From: a virus
Taxonomy: Duplodnaviria; Caudoviricetes
Length of the DNA: 44,030 bases
Reading direction: 5' to 3' (one strand)
IMG/VR virus record: IMGVR_UViG_3300036773_000018
Coordinates: 1-44,030 of that record
Every line of letters starts with the position of its first letter. Position 1 is the stretch's first letter. The position numbers and the translations under genes were made by a program. A model generated the notes under the pieces. The model had not been told where the DNA came from. It ran no database searches and saw nothing but the letters and a program-made list of their open reading frames with translations. Positions 15,113 through 24,368 of the stretch are shown in pieces.

Positions 15113-16816
15113 GTGAGGCTCGACCGGCTCACCTCCCGCTTGTCGATCATCGACAAGGCGGCGCGCTCGATCCCACTGCGACCGAACTGGGCTCAACGCA
15201 TCTATCTCGATACCGTTCAATCCCGCCTTGACGCGCAGGAACCCATCCGCATCATCAACTTGAAGGCGCGCCAGCTCGGCATCTCCACGATCACGGAGGC
15301 GATCATCTATTGCCTCGCGTTCGTGCAGCCGAACACGTCGGGAATGGTGATCGCGAACGAGGCGGACAACTCGCATCATCTTCTCGGGATGACGAACCAC
15401 TATTGGGAGACGGACCCGTTCCGTACGCTCTACCGGACGCGCTACCAAGCGAAGAACACCCTCGCGTGGCACGACGTTGCGTCCTCCATTCGCACCACGA
15501 CGGCAGGGAACAAGGAAGCCGGTCGGTCACGCACCATCCAACGCCTCCATGCCTCAGAGGTGGCGTTCTGGCTCGAGGCGTACACGGTGATGACCGGCCT
15601 CCTCCAAGCTGTCCCGCGTCTCCCCATGACGTTCGTAGCCCTCGAATCAACTGCGAACGGCAGGGGCAACTACTTCCACTCGTCATGGAACGATGCGATG
15701 GCGGGACAGTCGGAATACACCCCCCTGTTCTTTCCGTGGTGGATGCACTACGAGTACCGCGCCTCCTACGCAAAGATCCCGCCCTACGATCTCGGGCCAC
15801 TCGACTCGGAGGAGCAGGCTCTCGTCGCGTTGTGGAAGGGTGGACTGCACGTCGGGGAGCAGCACTACTACCTCCAAGAGACGGATTGGAACGACGCGCT
15901 GGCGTGGAGGCGGTGGGCGATCTGGAACCTCCTCAAAGGCGATATCGTCAAGTTCCACCAGGAGTACCCCGCGACACCCGAAGAAGCGTTCATCGCGACG
16001 GGTACCAACGTCTTCCCACTCATGCACCTCACCAAGTGTTTCAAGCAGGAACCCGGTCAACGTGGTCGACTGGTGCGCGAGGGGGATCGGCGCGTCAAGT
16101 TCATGCCCGATCCCGCGGGACCGCTCACCATCTTCCGCACGCCGAACCCCGATCCGGACCTCGGCATGTACTCCATTGGTGGAGACGCGACCGCGACGGT
16201 GCGGGGGGACTACGCGGTGGGGCAAGTGCTCAATCGGCGCACGTTTGAGCAGGTCGCGATCTACCGCGCACGCATCGACCCGAACCACTTCGGTGAGGAA
16301 CTCGCCAAACTCGGCGTGTACTACAACACCGCTCTATTGGCACCGGAGAACGAGGGTCCAGGGTTCGCAACAATCGGATGGTTGATGCATCTGGACTATC
16401 CGAATATGTACCAGACCACCATGCCCGATGGACTTCCCGGTCGCTATACGGGCAAGTTCGGCTGGTCATCCTCGTATCGCACGAAGGATCTCGCCGTCTC
16501 GTGGCTACTCCGGTACCTCATCGAAGGCTCCGTCATCATCCATGATCGGCATACCTTCAACGAGATGGATAACTACGTCACGCTCGACGGTGGTGGGTAC
16601 GGTAACGGTGCGGGTGAGGAGCATGACGACACGGTGATGGCGTTCTGCATTGCGGTGGCCGCGAGCCAGTTGGAGGGGCCGTTGCCCGCGGCGGGGTCGA
16701 TGCAGGGAACGCCGGGTGCAGTGGAGGAATACACGACGCCCGCGGAGATCGCGTTGCCGTGGGAGCAGTGGGATGAAGCAGAAGAACGTGCCACAGTTGA
16801 CGCAGGAGGATGGTAA
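15113..16816 (+). CDS. terL: Terminase large subunit
   Basis: LKARQLGIST (Walker A), LHASEVAFW (Walker B), ESTANG (coupling motif), and RNase H-like acidic residues (GGD..., HDDTVMA). Confidence 0.93.
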   Translation: MRLDRLTSRLSIIDKAARSIPLRPNWAQRIYLDTVQSRLDAQEPIRIINLKARQLGISTITEAIIYCLAFVQPNTSGMVIANEADNSHHLLGMTNHYWETDPFRTLYRTRYQAKNTLAWHDVASSIRTTTAGNKEAGRSRTIQRLHASEVAFWLEAYTVMTGLLQAVPRLPMTFVALESTANGRGNYFHSSWNDAMAGQSEYTPLFFPWWMHYEYRASYAKIPPYDLGPLDSEEQALVALWKGGLHVGEQHYYLQETDWNDALAWRRWAIWNLLKGDIVKFHQEYPATPEEAFIATGTNVFPLMHLTKCFKQEPGQRGRLVREGDRRVKFMPDPAGPLTIFRTPNPDPDLGMYSIGGDATATVRGDYAVGQVLNRRTFEQVAIYRARIDPNHFGEELAKLGVYYNTALLAPENEGPGFATIGWLMHLDYPNMYQTTMPDGLPGRYTGKFGWSSSYRTKDLAVSWLLRYLIEGSVIIHDRHTFNEMDNYVTLDGGGYGNGAGEEHDDTVMAFCIAVAASQLEGPLPAAGSMQGTPGAVEEYTTPAEIALPWEQWDEAEERATVDAGGW

Positions 16817-17058
16817 TGCAGAAGGCAGATATCGAGAACAGGTTCGCGTTCCACCCGGCGACGACCGAGGAGAAGAAGATGGAGCACGGTTCAGTCCGCG
16901 CTTCGTGCCTCAGCCTCGCAATGAACCTCAACGATCTGCTTCCCGAGGGACGTGAGAAGTCGCTTGCGATGACCCACCTTGAAGAAGTGATGATGTGGGG
17001 CAACGCTGCACTAGCGCGTGCCGGTGTGATCGAACACGGTGTACCGGGGGACGGCTGA
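16816..17058 (+). CDS. Acb2/Tad1-like hairpin protein (candidate immune-signal sponge)
   Basis: ENRFAFHP...R.....LA....LLPEGREKSLAMTHLEEVMMWGNAALAR resembles this small phage family, from memory. Confidence 0.65.
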   Translation: MQKADIENRFAFHPATTEEKKMEHGSVRASCLSLAMNLNDLLPEGREKSLAMTHLEEVMMWGNAALARAGVIEHGVPGDG

Positions 17059-17510
17059 TGCCCAACTACAAGTTCGAGTGCTCAGTTTGCGGTGAACGTC
17101 GAACCGAGTACATGACGTTCGAGGAACACGACGCGCGTACCGGGAAGTTCCGGGGAGCTGTTCTACTCACGGGTAAAGGTTCTGGTTGCACGAAGACCGC
17201 GCGGTGTCGTGGTGGATGGTTCGCGCAGGTGTTCAACTTCCGTTACCTCCGTCCGATGCCTGAGCACTATTCCCCGTTCCTCGATGCCCATGTCACCTCG
17301 CGCAAACACTACGACGACCTCTCAAAGCTCCAACAGGATGAGATGTCGCAGCGCATGGGGTTCGACGTGAGCTACGACGAGATCGACCCCACCGACGCGA
17401 AGGCAGCAGGCGTAGTCGGGGACGCGGGGCTCGAGTCGCAGGAGGAAGCGCGGTGGGGCAACGCGGGTGATGTGCTCGACGCCGAGGACGCGGCCCTGTT
17501 CGACTCCTAG
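17058..17510 (+). CDS. FmdB-like zinc-ribbon protein
   Basis: MPNYKFECSVCG N-terminus; a common neighbour of portal genes. Confidence 0.7.
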   Translation: MPNYKFECSVCGERRTEYMTFEEHDARTGKFRGAVLLTGKGSGCTKTARCRGGWFAQVFNFRYLRPMPEHYSPFLDAHVTSRKHYDDLSKLQQDEMSQRMGFDVSYDEIDPTDAKAAGVVGDAGLESQEEARWGNAGDVLDAEDAALFDS

Positions 17511-17542
17511 CTCCCACCCACACCTACTGGTATCCTCCGCGC

Positions 17543-19357
17543 ATGACGACGGTGCAGACGTTCGGCCAGGAGCCCAACAGCTCCCTCGCGCCCCCCACCG
17601 GCAGTGTCGCTCCGGTGCAGCTCGCGTACACCCCCGCGCTCTCCGAAATGGCACTCGTGGACAAGGTGCGCGATCTGTTCTCTCGAGCGCGCATGGAGCG
17701 TCGTCCTGTCGTCACCCAATGGACGCGCAACTACCACGTCATGCGGAACCGCACGTGGCTTGCCGGATCGCGCATCCAGGGTTACCCCCAGCCCGAGGTG
17801 CCTGAATGCCGTGGCTCCATCGCGCAGTGGGTCGCGTGGTTGACCGACCAGCGACCCACCTTCGACTTCGCCACCAGCGCGCAGCCGTACGCTCCCTACG
17901 CCGACTTCTTCGACAACATCGCGTCGGACATGCAGGCATGTGTCGACGCCGGGTGGCAGACCAACCTCTACGAACGCACCGTCTCGCAGGCGACGTGGGA
18001 TGCCGCGCAGTTCTCCATCGGTATCCTCAAAACCGTGTGGAACGCGCGGCTCGCGGACGGCAAGGGCGACTTCGACGTACAGCGCGTCGATCCCTACGCC
18101 TTCTACCCCGATCCCGTCGTCTACAACGGCAATGAGCCGAACTACTTCGTGGAAGCGCGCACCGTCACCTTGCAGGAACTCGACCGTCGTTTCCCCGGCG
18201 CGGGTGACCGTTTCCAGGTTGACGGTTACACCGATGCGCTCGATGACCGACCGAACCTGATGAACGGTGGCGCGATGTTGCCGCGCACCAACTCGGGTGC
18301 CGTCTCTCCCGCGACTTCGGCGCGCTGGTCTCTCCCCGGTCAAGCACGCGAACGCGCGTCGCGCAATGACACGGGCGTCACCCTTCTCGAGTGCTGGTTG
18401 CGCGAGCACATCGTCTCGCCCGATCCCAACGACTCCACGCGCAAGCGTATCTACGAATACTGGCGCTGTGTGTGCATCGCCGGTCCGTACGTGCTGATGG
18501 ACAAGCGCGCGGATGAGTTGAACCCGTTCCCGATCCACCCGTACGACTTCATTCGCCCCGAAGACAACGGCGAGTTCTACGACCAATCCCTCGTGGAACT
18601 CGTCACGCCGATGCAGGTCTCCATCAACCGTCTCCTCGCGAACATCGAGAACAACATTGCCCTCACCGGCAATCCCATCTTCATCGACGGCTCCGCGGGC
18701 CAGAACCGTTCCACCATCCGCGCGACTCCCGGTCAACGTATCCCCGCGCGCGCCGGTGACCAGAACACGACGCGTTGGCTCGATCCGCCAGTGTTGAACT
18801 CGCAGATGTTCCAGCTCATCGACTTCTACATCGGGCGCATGGAACACGCGACGGGACTCTCCGCGATCATGCAGGGCGTTGCCCCCGGTGGCCGCATCGC
18901 GTCGGACGTGCTCGACTCCGTGATGGAAGCCGGGTTCGTGAGGATTCGTGCCGCGCAACGCAACATGGAGTACGCGCTTCGAGGTGTCGGTACCAAGTGT
19001 GCCGCGTACGTCGCGGAGTTCTACACCGACCCGCGTCGCCTCACGCTCATCGGCCCTGAAGGCGACACCACGAACAAGCTCTTGCGCGGCAAGCACTTCT
19101 ACCTGCGCGACGGTTCCGACGAACCCACTCCCATGCGCTTCTACGTGCAGGTGCGCGCCGGTTCCATGCAACCAACCTCGCGCAACGCGCGCGTCGCGGA
19201 GATCGACACCTTGTTCGCGATGGGAGCTGTCGACCGCCCGGTTGTCCTCGAGGCTCACAACGTCAGGAACCGTGCGGCGATCCTGGCGCGCATCTCGGAC
19301 CAGGAGGCGAAGGGAACATTCCAGCCTCCGGGTGCTCGACAGCGCGCGGGGCACTAG
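17543..19357 (+). CDS. Portal protein
   Basis: 604 aa between TerL and scaffold/capsid; GILKTVWN, RVDPYAFYPDP and TGLSAIMQG are portal-like. Preceded by TGGTATCCT (-10) 6 nt upstream. Confidence 0.85.
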   Translation: MTTVQTFGQEPNSSLAPPTGSVAPVQLAYTPALSEMALVDKVRDLFSRARMERRPVVTQWTRNYHVMRNRTWLAGSRIQGYPQPEVPECRGSIAQWVAWLTDQRPTFDFATSAQPYAPYADFFDNIASDMQACVDAGWQTNLYERTVSQATWDAAQFSIGILKTVWNARLADGKGDFDVQRVDPYAFYPDPVVYNGNEPNYFVEARTVTLQELDRRFPGAGDRFQVDGYTDALDDRPNLMNGGAMLPRTNSGAVSPATSARWSLPGQARERASRNDTGVTLLECWLREHIVSPDPNDSTRKRIYEYWRCVCIAGPYVLMDKRADELNPFPIHPYDFIRPEDNGEFYDQSLVELVTPMQVSINRLLANIENNIALTGNPIFIDGSAGQNRSTIRATPGQRIPARAGDQNTTRWLDPPVLNSQMFQLIDFYIGRMEHATGLSAIMQGVAPGGRIASDVLDSVMEAGFVRIRAAQRNMEYALRGVGTKCAAYVAEFYTDPRRLTLIGPEGDTTNKLLRGKHFYLRDGSDEPTPMRFYVQVRAGSMQPTSRNARVAEIDTLFAMGAVDRPVVLEAHNVRNRAAILARISDQEAKGTFQPPGARQRAGH

Positions 19358-19372
19358 CTATACTCCCGCCAC

Positions 19373-19546
19373 ATGGCCGCATTTCCTTCGTACACCATCG
19401 TCGGGCTCGTCGGGGCAGACCACTGCGACGGCGGCGCGATCCCCGGTACGGACACCGCCAGCGCGATCAGCGCGGACGCGTCCGATGCCATCGCCGCCGC
19501 GCTCCTGAAGTGGTTCCCCGCGGGCGTCACGATCACGCAGGCGTAG
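19373..19546 (+). CDS. Small hypothetical protein (57 aa)
   Basis: Manual translation MAAFPSYTIVG...; TATACT lies 8 nt upstream. Confidence 0.55.
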   Translation: MAAFPSYTIVGLVGADHCDGGAIPGTDTASAISADASDAIAAALLKWFPAGVTITQA

Positions 19547-19554
19547 GGAGCAAC

Positions 19555-19713
19555 ATGGACCGCAAGCTGTACGGTGACTCCCCGCCCGCGGGTACGGTCG
19601 ATCAACTCCCCTCGGTGGGTGATCCCGAGGTGACGATCGACTCGCAGAACAACGATCACCACTACGTCTACGACACCGACGCCGCGCTCGAAGCGAGGGA
19701 CGTGCTCGGGTGA
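19555..19713 (+). CDS. Small hypothetical protein
   Basis: SD GGGAG before ATG 19555. Confidence 0.55.
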   Translation: MDRKLYGDSPPAGTVDQLPSVGDPEVTIDSQNNDHHYVYDTDAALEARDVLG

Positions 19714-19964
19714 AGACGCGTTCGATCACCCTCGTTGGTGCCGCGTCGCAGATCATCGCGTCGGGTGATGTCGGCAAGCGCACGATCTACGTGTTCTCCG
19801 CGCTGACCGACGTGTTCCTCGGTGGCAGCGACGTGAACTCGAGCACGACGGGAATGGCGTTCGCGGACTGCGACCCCGGTGTGCCGATCGAAGTCGGCGC
19901 GACGGACCTGTACGCGGTCTCCGCGGGTGGTGGCGTCGTCAAGGTGATGGACCCGCAGCTCTAG
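19710..19964 (+). CDS. Small beta-rich virion-associated protein
   Basis: 84 aa, GTGA overlap. Confidence 0.6.
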   Translation: MKTRSITLVGAASQIIASGDVGKRTIYVFSALTDVFLGGSDVNSSTTGMAFADCDPGVPIEVGATDLYAVSAGGGVVKVMDPQL

Positions 19965-19965
19965 C

Positions 19966-19993
19966 TTGCATCGCGCGCGCATCGCGGTACACT
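19966..19993 (+). promoter_or_regulatory. Putative late promoter
   Basis: TTGCAT-N16-TACACT; shares GCATCGCGCGCGC with the pre-capsid promoter. Confidence 0.45.
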
Positions 19994-20030
19994 CGCTCCC
20001 GACGAGACATCCACTGAAGGGAGCGATGCC

Positions 20031-20162
20031 GTGCAGTCCGATTTCCAGCAGAAGGTCGGAGACGCGAAGATCGACCGCCAGGGTCAGACGAAGGGCTCCT
20101 TCGGCTCCGACCCCGACGTGCAGGCGACGATGCGTCCGAACCCGACCCCCACCAAGCCGTGA
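20031..20162 (+). CDS. Small hypothetical protein (43 aa)
   Basis: SD AGGGAG; translates as MQSDFQQKVGD... Confidence 0.5.
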   Translation: MQSDFQQKVGDAKIDRQGQTKGSFGSDPDVQATMRPNPTPTKP

Positions 20163-20482
20163 CCCGAGCGAAGGCGAAGGCCGTCTCGACCACCTACCTC
20201 TGCGAGCTGGACGACGGCACGGACAACGTGCAGCGGTACGTCACGCTCGAAGGAGACGCGGAACCCGCGAAGGGTGATCGCGTGGTGTTCGGTGACGTGG
20301 TGCCCGGCGAGGAAGGCGAGGACGGCAACTCCGGTCCGGAGGGGCACGAACTCGACACCCTCATCGTCGCGGAAGACGTGACCGAGGAACACGCGGATCT
20401 TCCCGTCGTGCGAACGGTCGCGTACGTGCAGACCAACCACGCAGACGACACCGCGGACGACGACGCCGCGGTGGGGGAGTAG
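20159..20482 (+). CDS. Acidic hypothetical protein
   Basis: 107-aa coupled ORF. Confidence 0.65.
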   Translation: MTRAKAKAVSTTYLCELDDGTDNVQRYVTLEGDAEPAKGDRVVFGDVVPGEEGEDGNSGPEGHELDTLIVAEDVTEEHADLPVVRTVAYVQTNHADDTADDDAAVGE

Positions 20483-20489
20483 CGACAAC

Positions 20490-20807
20490 ATGGCGGTGGG
20501 CACGCGCGAGAACAACACGATGGCTGAAGGCTGTCGCAAGATGCTCGGCGTGCTCACCGACATGAAGCTGATGCCCGACGTGGACGATCAGTTCGTGCAG
20601 ACGATGGAGGCAGCGATCGTCGGCTACCTCCGCAACCCCACCCCGCAGGAGCAGGCGCAGCAGCAGCCGCCCGGTGGGCAAATGGGGCAGGCAATGGGCG
20701 CAGTGATGCAGCCTGGCGCGGGTGGCCCCCCGATGGGTGGGGGCGGCGGCGGTATGCCGATGGGTGCGACCAACCCCGACGAACTCCGTCGCGTCCTCCA
20801 ACAGTAA
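20490..20807 (+). CDS. Hypothetical protein, Gly/Met/Gln-rich
   Basis: 105 aa in the head module. Confidence 0.65.
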   Translation: MAVGTRENNTMAEGCRKMLGVLTDMKLMPDVDDQFVQTMEAAIVGYLRNPTPQEQAQQQPPGGQMGQAMGAVMQPGAGGPPMGGGGGGMPMGATNPDELRRVLQQ

Positions 20808-20831
20808 CTCCGATCCCGACAGGAGCACACC

Positions 20832-22052
20832 ATGCCTCGCGTCCCCGCGAACCAGCCGCGCGACGAGAGCGGGAAGTTTACCTCCCCCGCAACTCCCGAC
20901 GCGCCCGAGATCGACGCGCAGGGAACACCCGCGGTCGGGGGCGAGACTCCCGACTTCGACGCCATCGCGCAACAGCTCGGGCTCGACCCCGCGTCGATGA
21001 GCGACGACGATCGCACCTTCGTGCAGTTCTTCGAGGACGGAGCGCGCGCAGTCGACCCGACCACCGCGCTGACCCTCGAGCAACTCCAACAGCAGGGACC
21101 AACGGACTCCCTGATTCCTCCTGCCGCACCGGACGACACCACCCCCGCAGCAACGGACCCCACCATCAGCGCAGATGGGTCGGTGTCGGGAACCACTCCG
21201 GACGCGCAGCCCGGTGCAGGCGGCAATGATGCTCCTGCACCGGGCACTTCCGCAGCTACGTCGGCGTCGGCTCCGCTCTCTCCTACCCCGGAGGGCATCG
21301 CTTCACCCTTCCCGAACATCCCCATCCCCACCGCGACTCCTGCCGACGCCGACCTCGTGGATCTCGGGAACGGCGTCACCGTCCCCCGCGAGTACGCGCT
21401 GCGGATGCTCGAAGCGCAGATGCAGGCACAGCAGCACCCGATGCCGCAGGGACCGCAAGCTCCTCCCACCTACCCGCAGCAGCCGCAGCAAGGATTCCCC
21501 CAACCGGGTACTCCCGCGGCTCCTCCGCAGTTCGATCCGCAGCAGTTCCTCGATCCGGAACTCGCGGCCTACGCGCACCAGCAGCAGCAGCAGCTCACCG
21601 CGCTCTCCCAGCAGCACCGGCAGCTCCTCGAAGGACTCGCGGAACGCCAGCAGCGCGAGACCGGGAATGCGATGTTGATTGGCGTGCAGGACTTCCAGCA
21701 GGCACGCGACATCACCGATGAGGAGCGCAACTACCTCATCGACATCGCGTCGCAGAACGGCACCTACCGCGGCTTCATCGAAGGCATCTACGCGGGTGAC
21801 CCTCGCTCTGCCGCGTCGGCCGCGATGGAGGCAACGTTCTGGACGATCCCCGCGCTGCGTGACAGGGAGATTGCGAAGATCGTGCAGCAACAGGCGGAAG
21901 GTGCAGTCGAGACGGAGCGCAAGAAGGCTCTCCACGGCGGCATCCAGTCGACCGGCACGACCCCTCACACCGCTCCCGCCATCCAAGCTGGCGACCGCGA
22001 CGCCGCGCTTCAGGGCATGGCCGCGGAGATCGAACGCTCCCGCGCTCAGTGA
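20832..22052 (+). CDS. Capsid scaffolding protein
   Basis: Directly upstream of the capsid gene; RDESGKF motif, low-complexity Pro/Gln/Ala region, helical C-terminus. Confidence 0.7.
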   Translation: MPRVPANQPRDESGKFTSPATPDAPEIDAQGTPAVGGETPDFDAIAQQLGLDPASMSDDDRTFVQFFEDGARAVDPTTALTLEQLQQQGPTDSLIPPAAPDDTTPAATDPTISADGSVSGTTPDAQPGAGGNDAPAPGTSAATSASAPLSPTPEGIASPFPNIPIPTATPADADLVDLGNGVTVPREYALRMLEAQMQAQQHPMPQGPQAPPTYPQQPQQGFPQPGTPAAPPQFDPQQFLDPELAAYAHQQQQQLTALSQQHRQLLEGLAERQQRETGNAMLIGVQDFQQARDITDEERNYLIDIASQNGTYRGFIEGIYAGDPRSAASAAMEATFWTIPALRDREIAKIVQQQAEGAVETERKKALHGGIQSTGTTPHTAPAIQAGDRDAALQGMAAEIERSRAQ

Positions 22053-22067
22053 GTTTGCGCGCGGTGC

Positions 22068-22096
22068 TGGCATCGCGCGCGCGGGTGTGGTACAAC
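22068..22096 (+). promoter_or_regulatory. Putative late promoter for the capsid gene
   Basis: TGGCAT-N17-TACAAC with an extended TG. Confidence 0.45.
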
Positions 22097-22163
22097 ATGC
22101 GCTAGTCAGTCGCGAGTTCCCGACACTCGCCTCACGCTCACCAGCATCAGGAGGCAAGTCGGG

Positions 22164-23129
22164 ATGGCACTCACGGCGATCGGCGCGGATACCGTCACCT
22201 CGATCTCGCGGCACTACATCCTGCCCGAGCTGACGGACATCGTGTACGACGCGATTCCGCTCCTCTTTCGTCTGAACAAGGCGAAGAAGATCATCCCCGG
22301 TGGGACGCAGCTCGAGGCACCGATCATCACGTCGCGCATGGCGGCGGGTGGCACCTACCGCGGCTCGCAGGTGCTGTCGATGGTGCCCTCGGACACCATC
22401 CAGAACGCGGTGTGGGACTGGAAGCAATACTACGTCCCCGTCGTGATCGACGGCCTCACGATGCTGAAGGTCGACTCGCCGCTCGCCATCGCGAACCTGA
22501 TCCGCATTCAGTTCGAGCAGGCCGAGATGGACATGAGCACCAACCTCGCCATCGGCCTGTTCTCGGACGGCTCGACGGACCCGAACGCGATCGACGGGTT
22601 GCAGCTCGCGGTCGACTCGACGGGCACGTACGGCGGCGTCTCGCGCTCCGCGATCTCCGCGTGGGGAGCGCAGGAGGATGCGTCGACCTCCACGCTCAGC
22701 CTGACCGCGCTCAACTCGATGCACGGAAACACGCGCAAGGGTGGACGGAGCGCGTCGGTCATCGTGTCCCGCCAGGAGCAGTACAACCGCTACTGGAAGC
22801 TCGCGATGGACAAGGCGAACATCTTCCTCGAGCCCACTCGCGTCGACTCGAAGATGGCGGATCTCGGGTGGGGTGGGCTCATCTTCAACGGCGTGCCGTG
22901 GATCGTGGACGACCGCACCTTCGACGGCCCGAACACCTCCAACTCGGCCATCCTCATGCTCAACGAGGACTACATCCACATGGCGGTCTCGCCTCGCGCC
23001 AACTTCTTCCTCGAGCCGTTCAAGTCGCCGGTCGACCAGGACGTGATGGCGTCGAACCTCCTGTGGGCAGGGAACGTCCTCGTCCGCAACCCCGGTCGCC
23101 AGGGCAAGATGACCGCGGTCGCGGCGTAG
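22164..23129 (+). CDS. Major capsid protein (HK97 fold)
   Basis: 321 aa, strong SD AGGAGG, highly biased codons; WKQYYVPV, IDGLQLAVD and FNGVPWIVD are capsid-like. Confidence 0.85.
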   Translation: MALTAIGADTVTSISRHYILPELTDIVYDAIPLLFRLNKAKKIIPGGTQLEAPIITSRMAAGGTYRGSQVLSMVPSDTIQNAVWDWKQYYVPVVIDGLTMLKVDSPLAIANLIRIQFEQAEMDMSTNLAIGLFSDGSTDPNAIDGLQLAVDSTGTYGGVSRSAISAWGAQEDASTSTLSLTALNSMHGNTRKGGRSASVIVSRQEQYNRYWKLAMDKANIFLEPTRVDSKMADLGWGGLIFNGVPWIVDDRTFDGPNTSNSAILMLNEDYIHMAVSPRANFFLEPFKSPVDQDVMASNLLWAGNVLVRNPGRQGKMTAVAA

Positions 23130-23171
23130 TCAAGTCCAGCAGGGAACCCGAACAGGGAGTCGGAGCAGCAG

Positions 23172-23606
23172 ATGAGCAACCTCGCAAACCCCACTGGCGC
23201 ACTTGCCGAAGATCCGCAATACGGACCTCGCACCGAGCAGATCATCGCGGCGAACTCCATCTCGAAGGGTGAGCTGGTCGCGCTGTCGAGTTCCCTCGGG
23301 TACGCCATCCGCAACCTTGTGGCAACCTCGGCGGGATTGCAGTTCGGCATCGCGCAGGCCGACATCGCCTCGGGTCGCGCCGGCCTGATCGTCGTCGGCG
23401 GGTTCGCGGTGGCGAAGAAGGGAACGACCGCCTGCACGGTGGGGCAGTTGGTGATCGCAGACCCGACGACCTCGGGCACGGTGGTCACCACGACTCCGGC
23501 AACGGCAGTGACGCAGGCGAAGGACGTCGCGGGTCTCGTCGGACGCTGCGTGACCGCGGCAACGGCGGGAGACACCACCGTGAACATCTACGTCGGCAAG
23601 TTCTAA
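23172..23606 (+). CDS. Capsid decoration/cement protein
   Basis: Small Ala/Thr/Gly-rich protein after the capsid gene; I.KGELV...GIA..DIA.G..G pattern. Confidence 0.65.
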   Translation: MSNLANPTGALAEDPQYGPRTEQIIAANSISKGELVALSSSLGYAIRNLVATSAGLQFGIAQADIASGRAGLIVVGGFAVAKKGTTACTVGQLVIADPTTSGTVVTTTPATAVTQAKDVAGLVGRCVTAATAGDTTVNIYVGKF

Positions 23607-23616
23607 CCCGCCCGAC

Positions 23617-24366
23617 ATGGGCCTCCCGACGACCCACACCCCTCGCTCCCCTAGCGACAGTGACTCCCCGGTCTCGTGCCGGGGAGTTGCGCTGTTCACC
23701 ATCACGGCGGGTCGGGTGTGCGCGGAGTTCTCGCAGGCGGTACGTGCGATGGTGCTGCATGATGCGGGAGGTTCGCAGCACATCCGCTACGACCTCACGC
23801 GTCAAGGTATCGGCCTCGCGGTAGTACGCAACGCCGCGGTCGACGCCTTCATTAACGACACGGACGCCGAGTGGATGCTGTGTCTCGATGACGACACGGT
23901 GCCCGCGATGGATACCGTCGACATCCTCATGCGCCACGCCCGCGAGTACGACACCATGTTCATCAACGGCTTGTACCTCACCACAATCGAGGAGGGACTT
24001 GTCGCGTGCGCGTGGGGGCTCGATGACCAACCACTGTCGCAGCAGCAGCTCCTTACTCGACTCGAAGCGGAAGACTACGTGTTCGAGGTGCTGAAGGTAG
24101 GAGCAGGGTGCGCGCTTATGCACCGTGACCTCATTCTGAAGATGTACGCGGAGAACCCCGGCGATCCGTGGTTCGGGGAACCCATCATGGATGGCGTGCG
24201 GCAGGGGGAGGACTTCGCGTTCTGTCACCGCGCGCGTGCTGTGGGCGTTCCTCCGGTACTCGACATCGAAGTCAACATCGGTCACATCAAAAAGATCATC
24301 TGGTCAAAGGCAATGCTCGGCAACGTCGAAGTCACTGTCGCTGACCACTCCCGAAAGGAAATCTGA
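23617..24366 (+). CDS. GT-A fold glycosyltransferase (GT2-like)
   Basis: RNAAV...WMLCLDDD (DXD), GAGCALMHR, GEDFAFC, GH. Confidence 0.8.
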   Translation: MGLPTTHTPRSPSDSDSPVSCRGVALFTITAGRVCAEFSQAVRAMVLHDAGGSQHIRYDLTRQGIGLAVVRNAAVDAFINDTDAEWMLCLDDDTVPAMDTVDILMRHAREYDTMFINGLYLTTIEEGLVACAWGLDDQPLSQQQLLTRLEAEDYVFEVLKVGAGCALMHRDLILKMYAENPGDPWFGEPIMDGVRQGEDFAFCHRARAVGVPPVLDIEVNIGHIKKIIWSKAMLGNVEVTVADHSRKEI

Positions 24367-24368
24367 AC

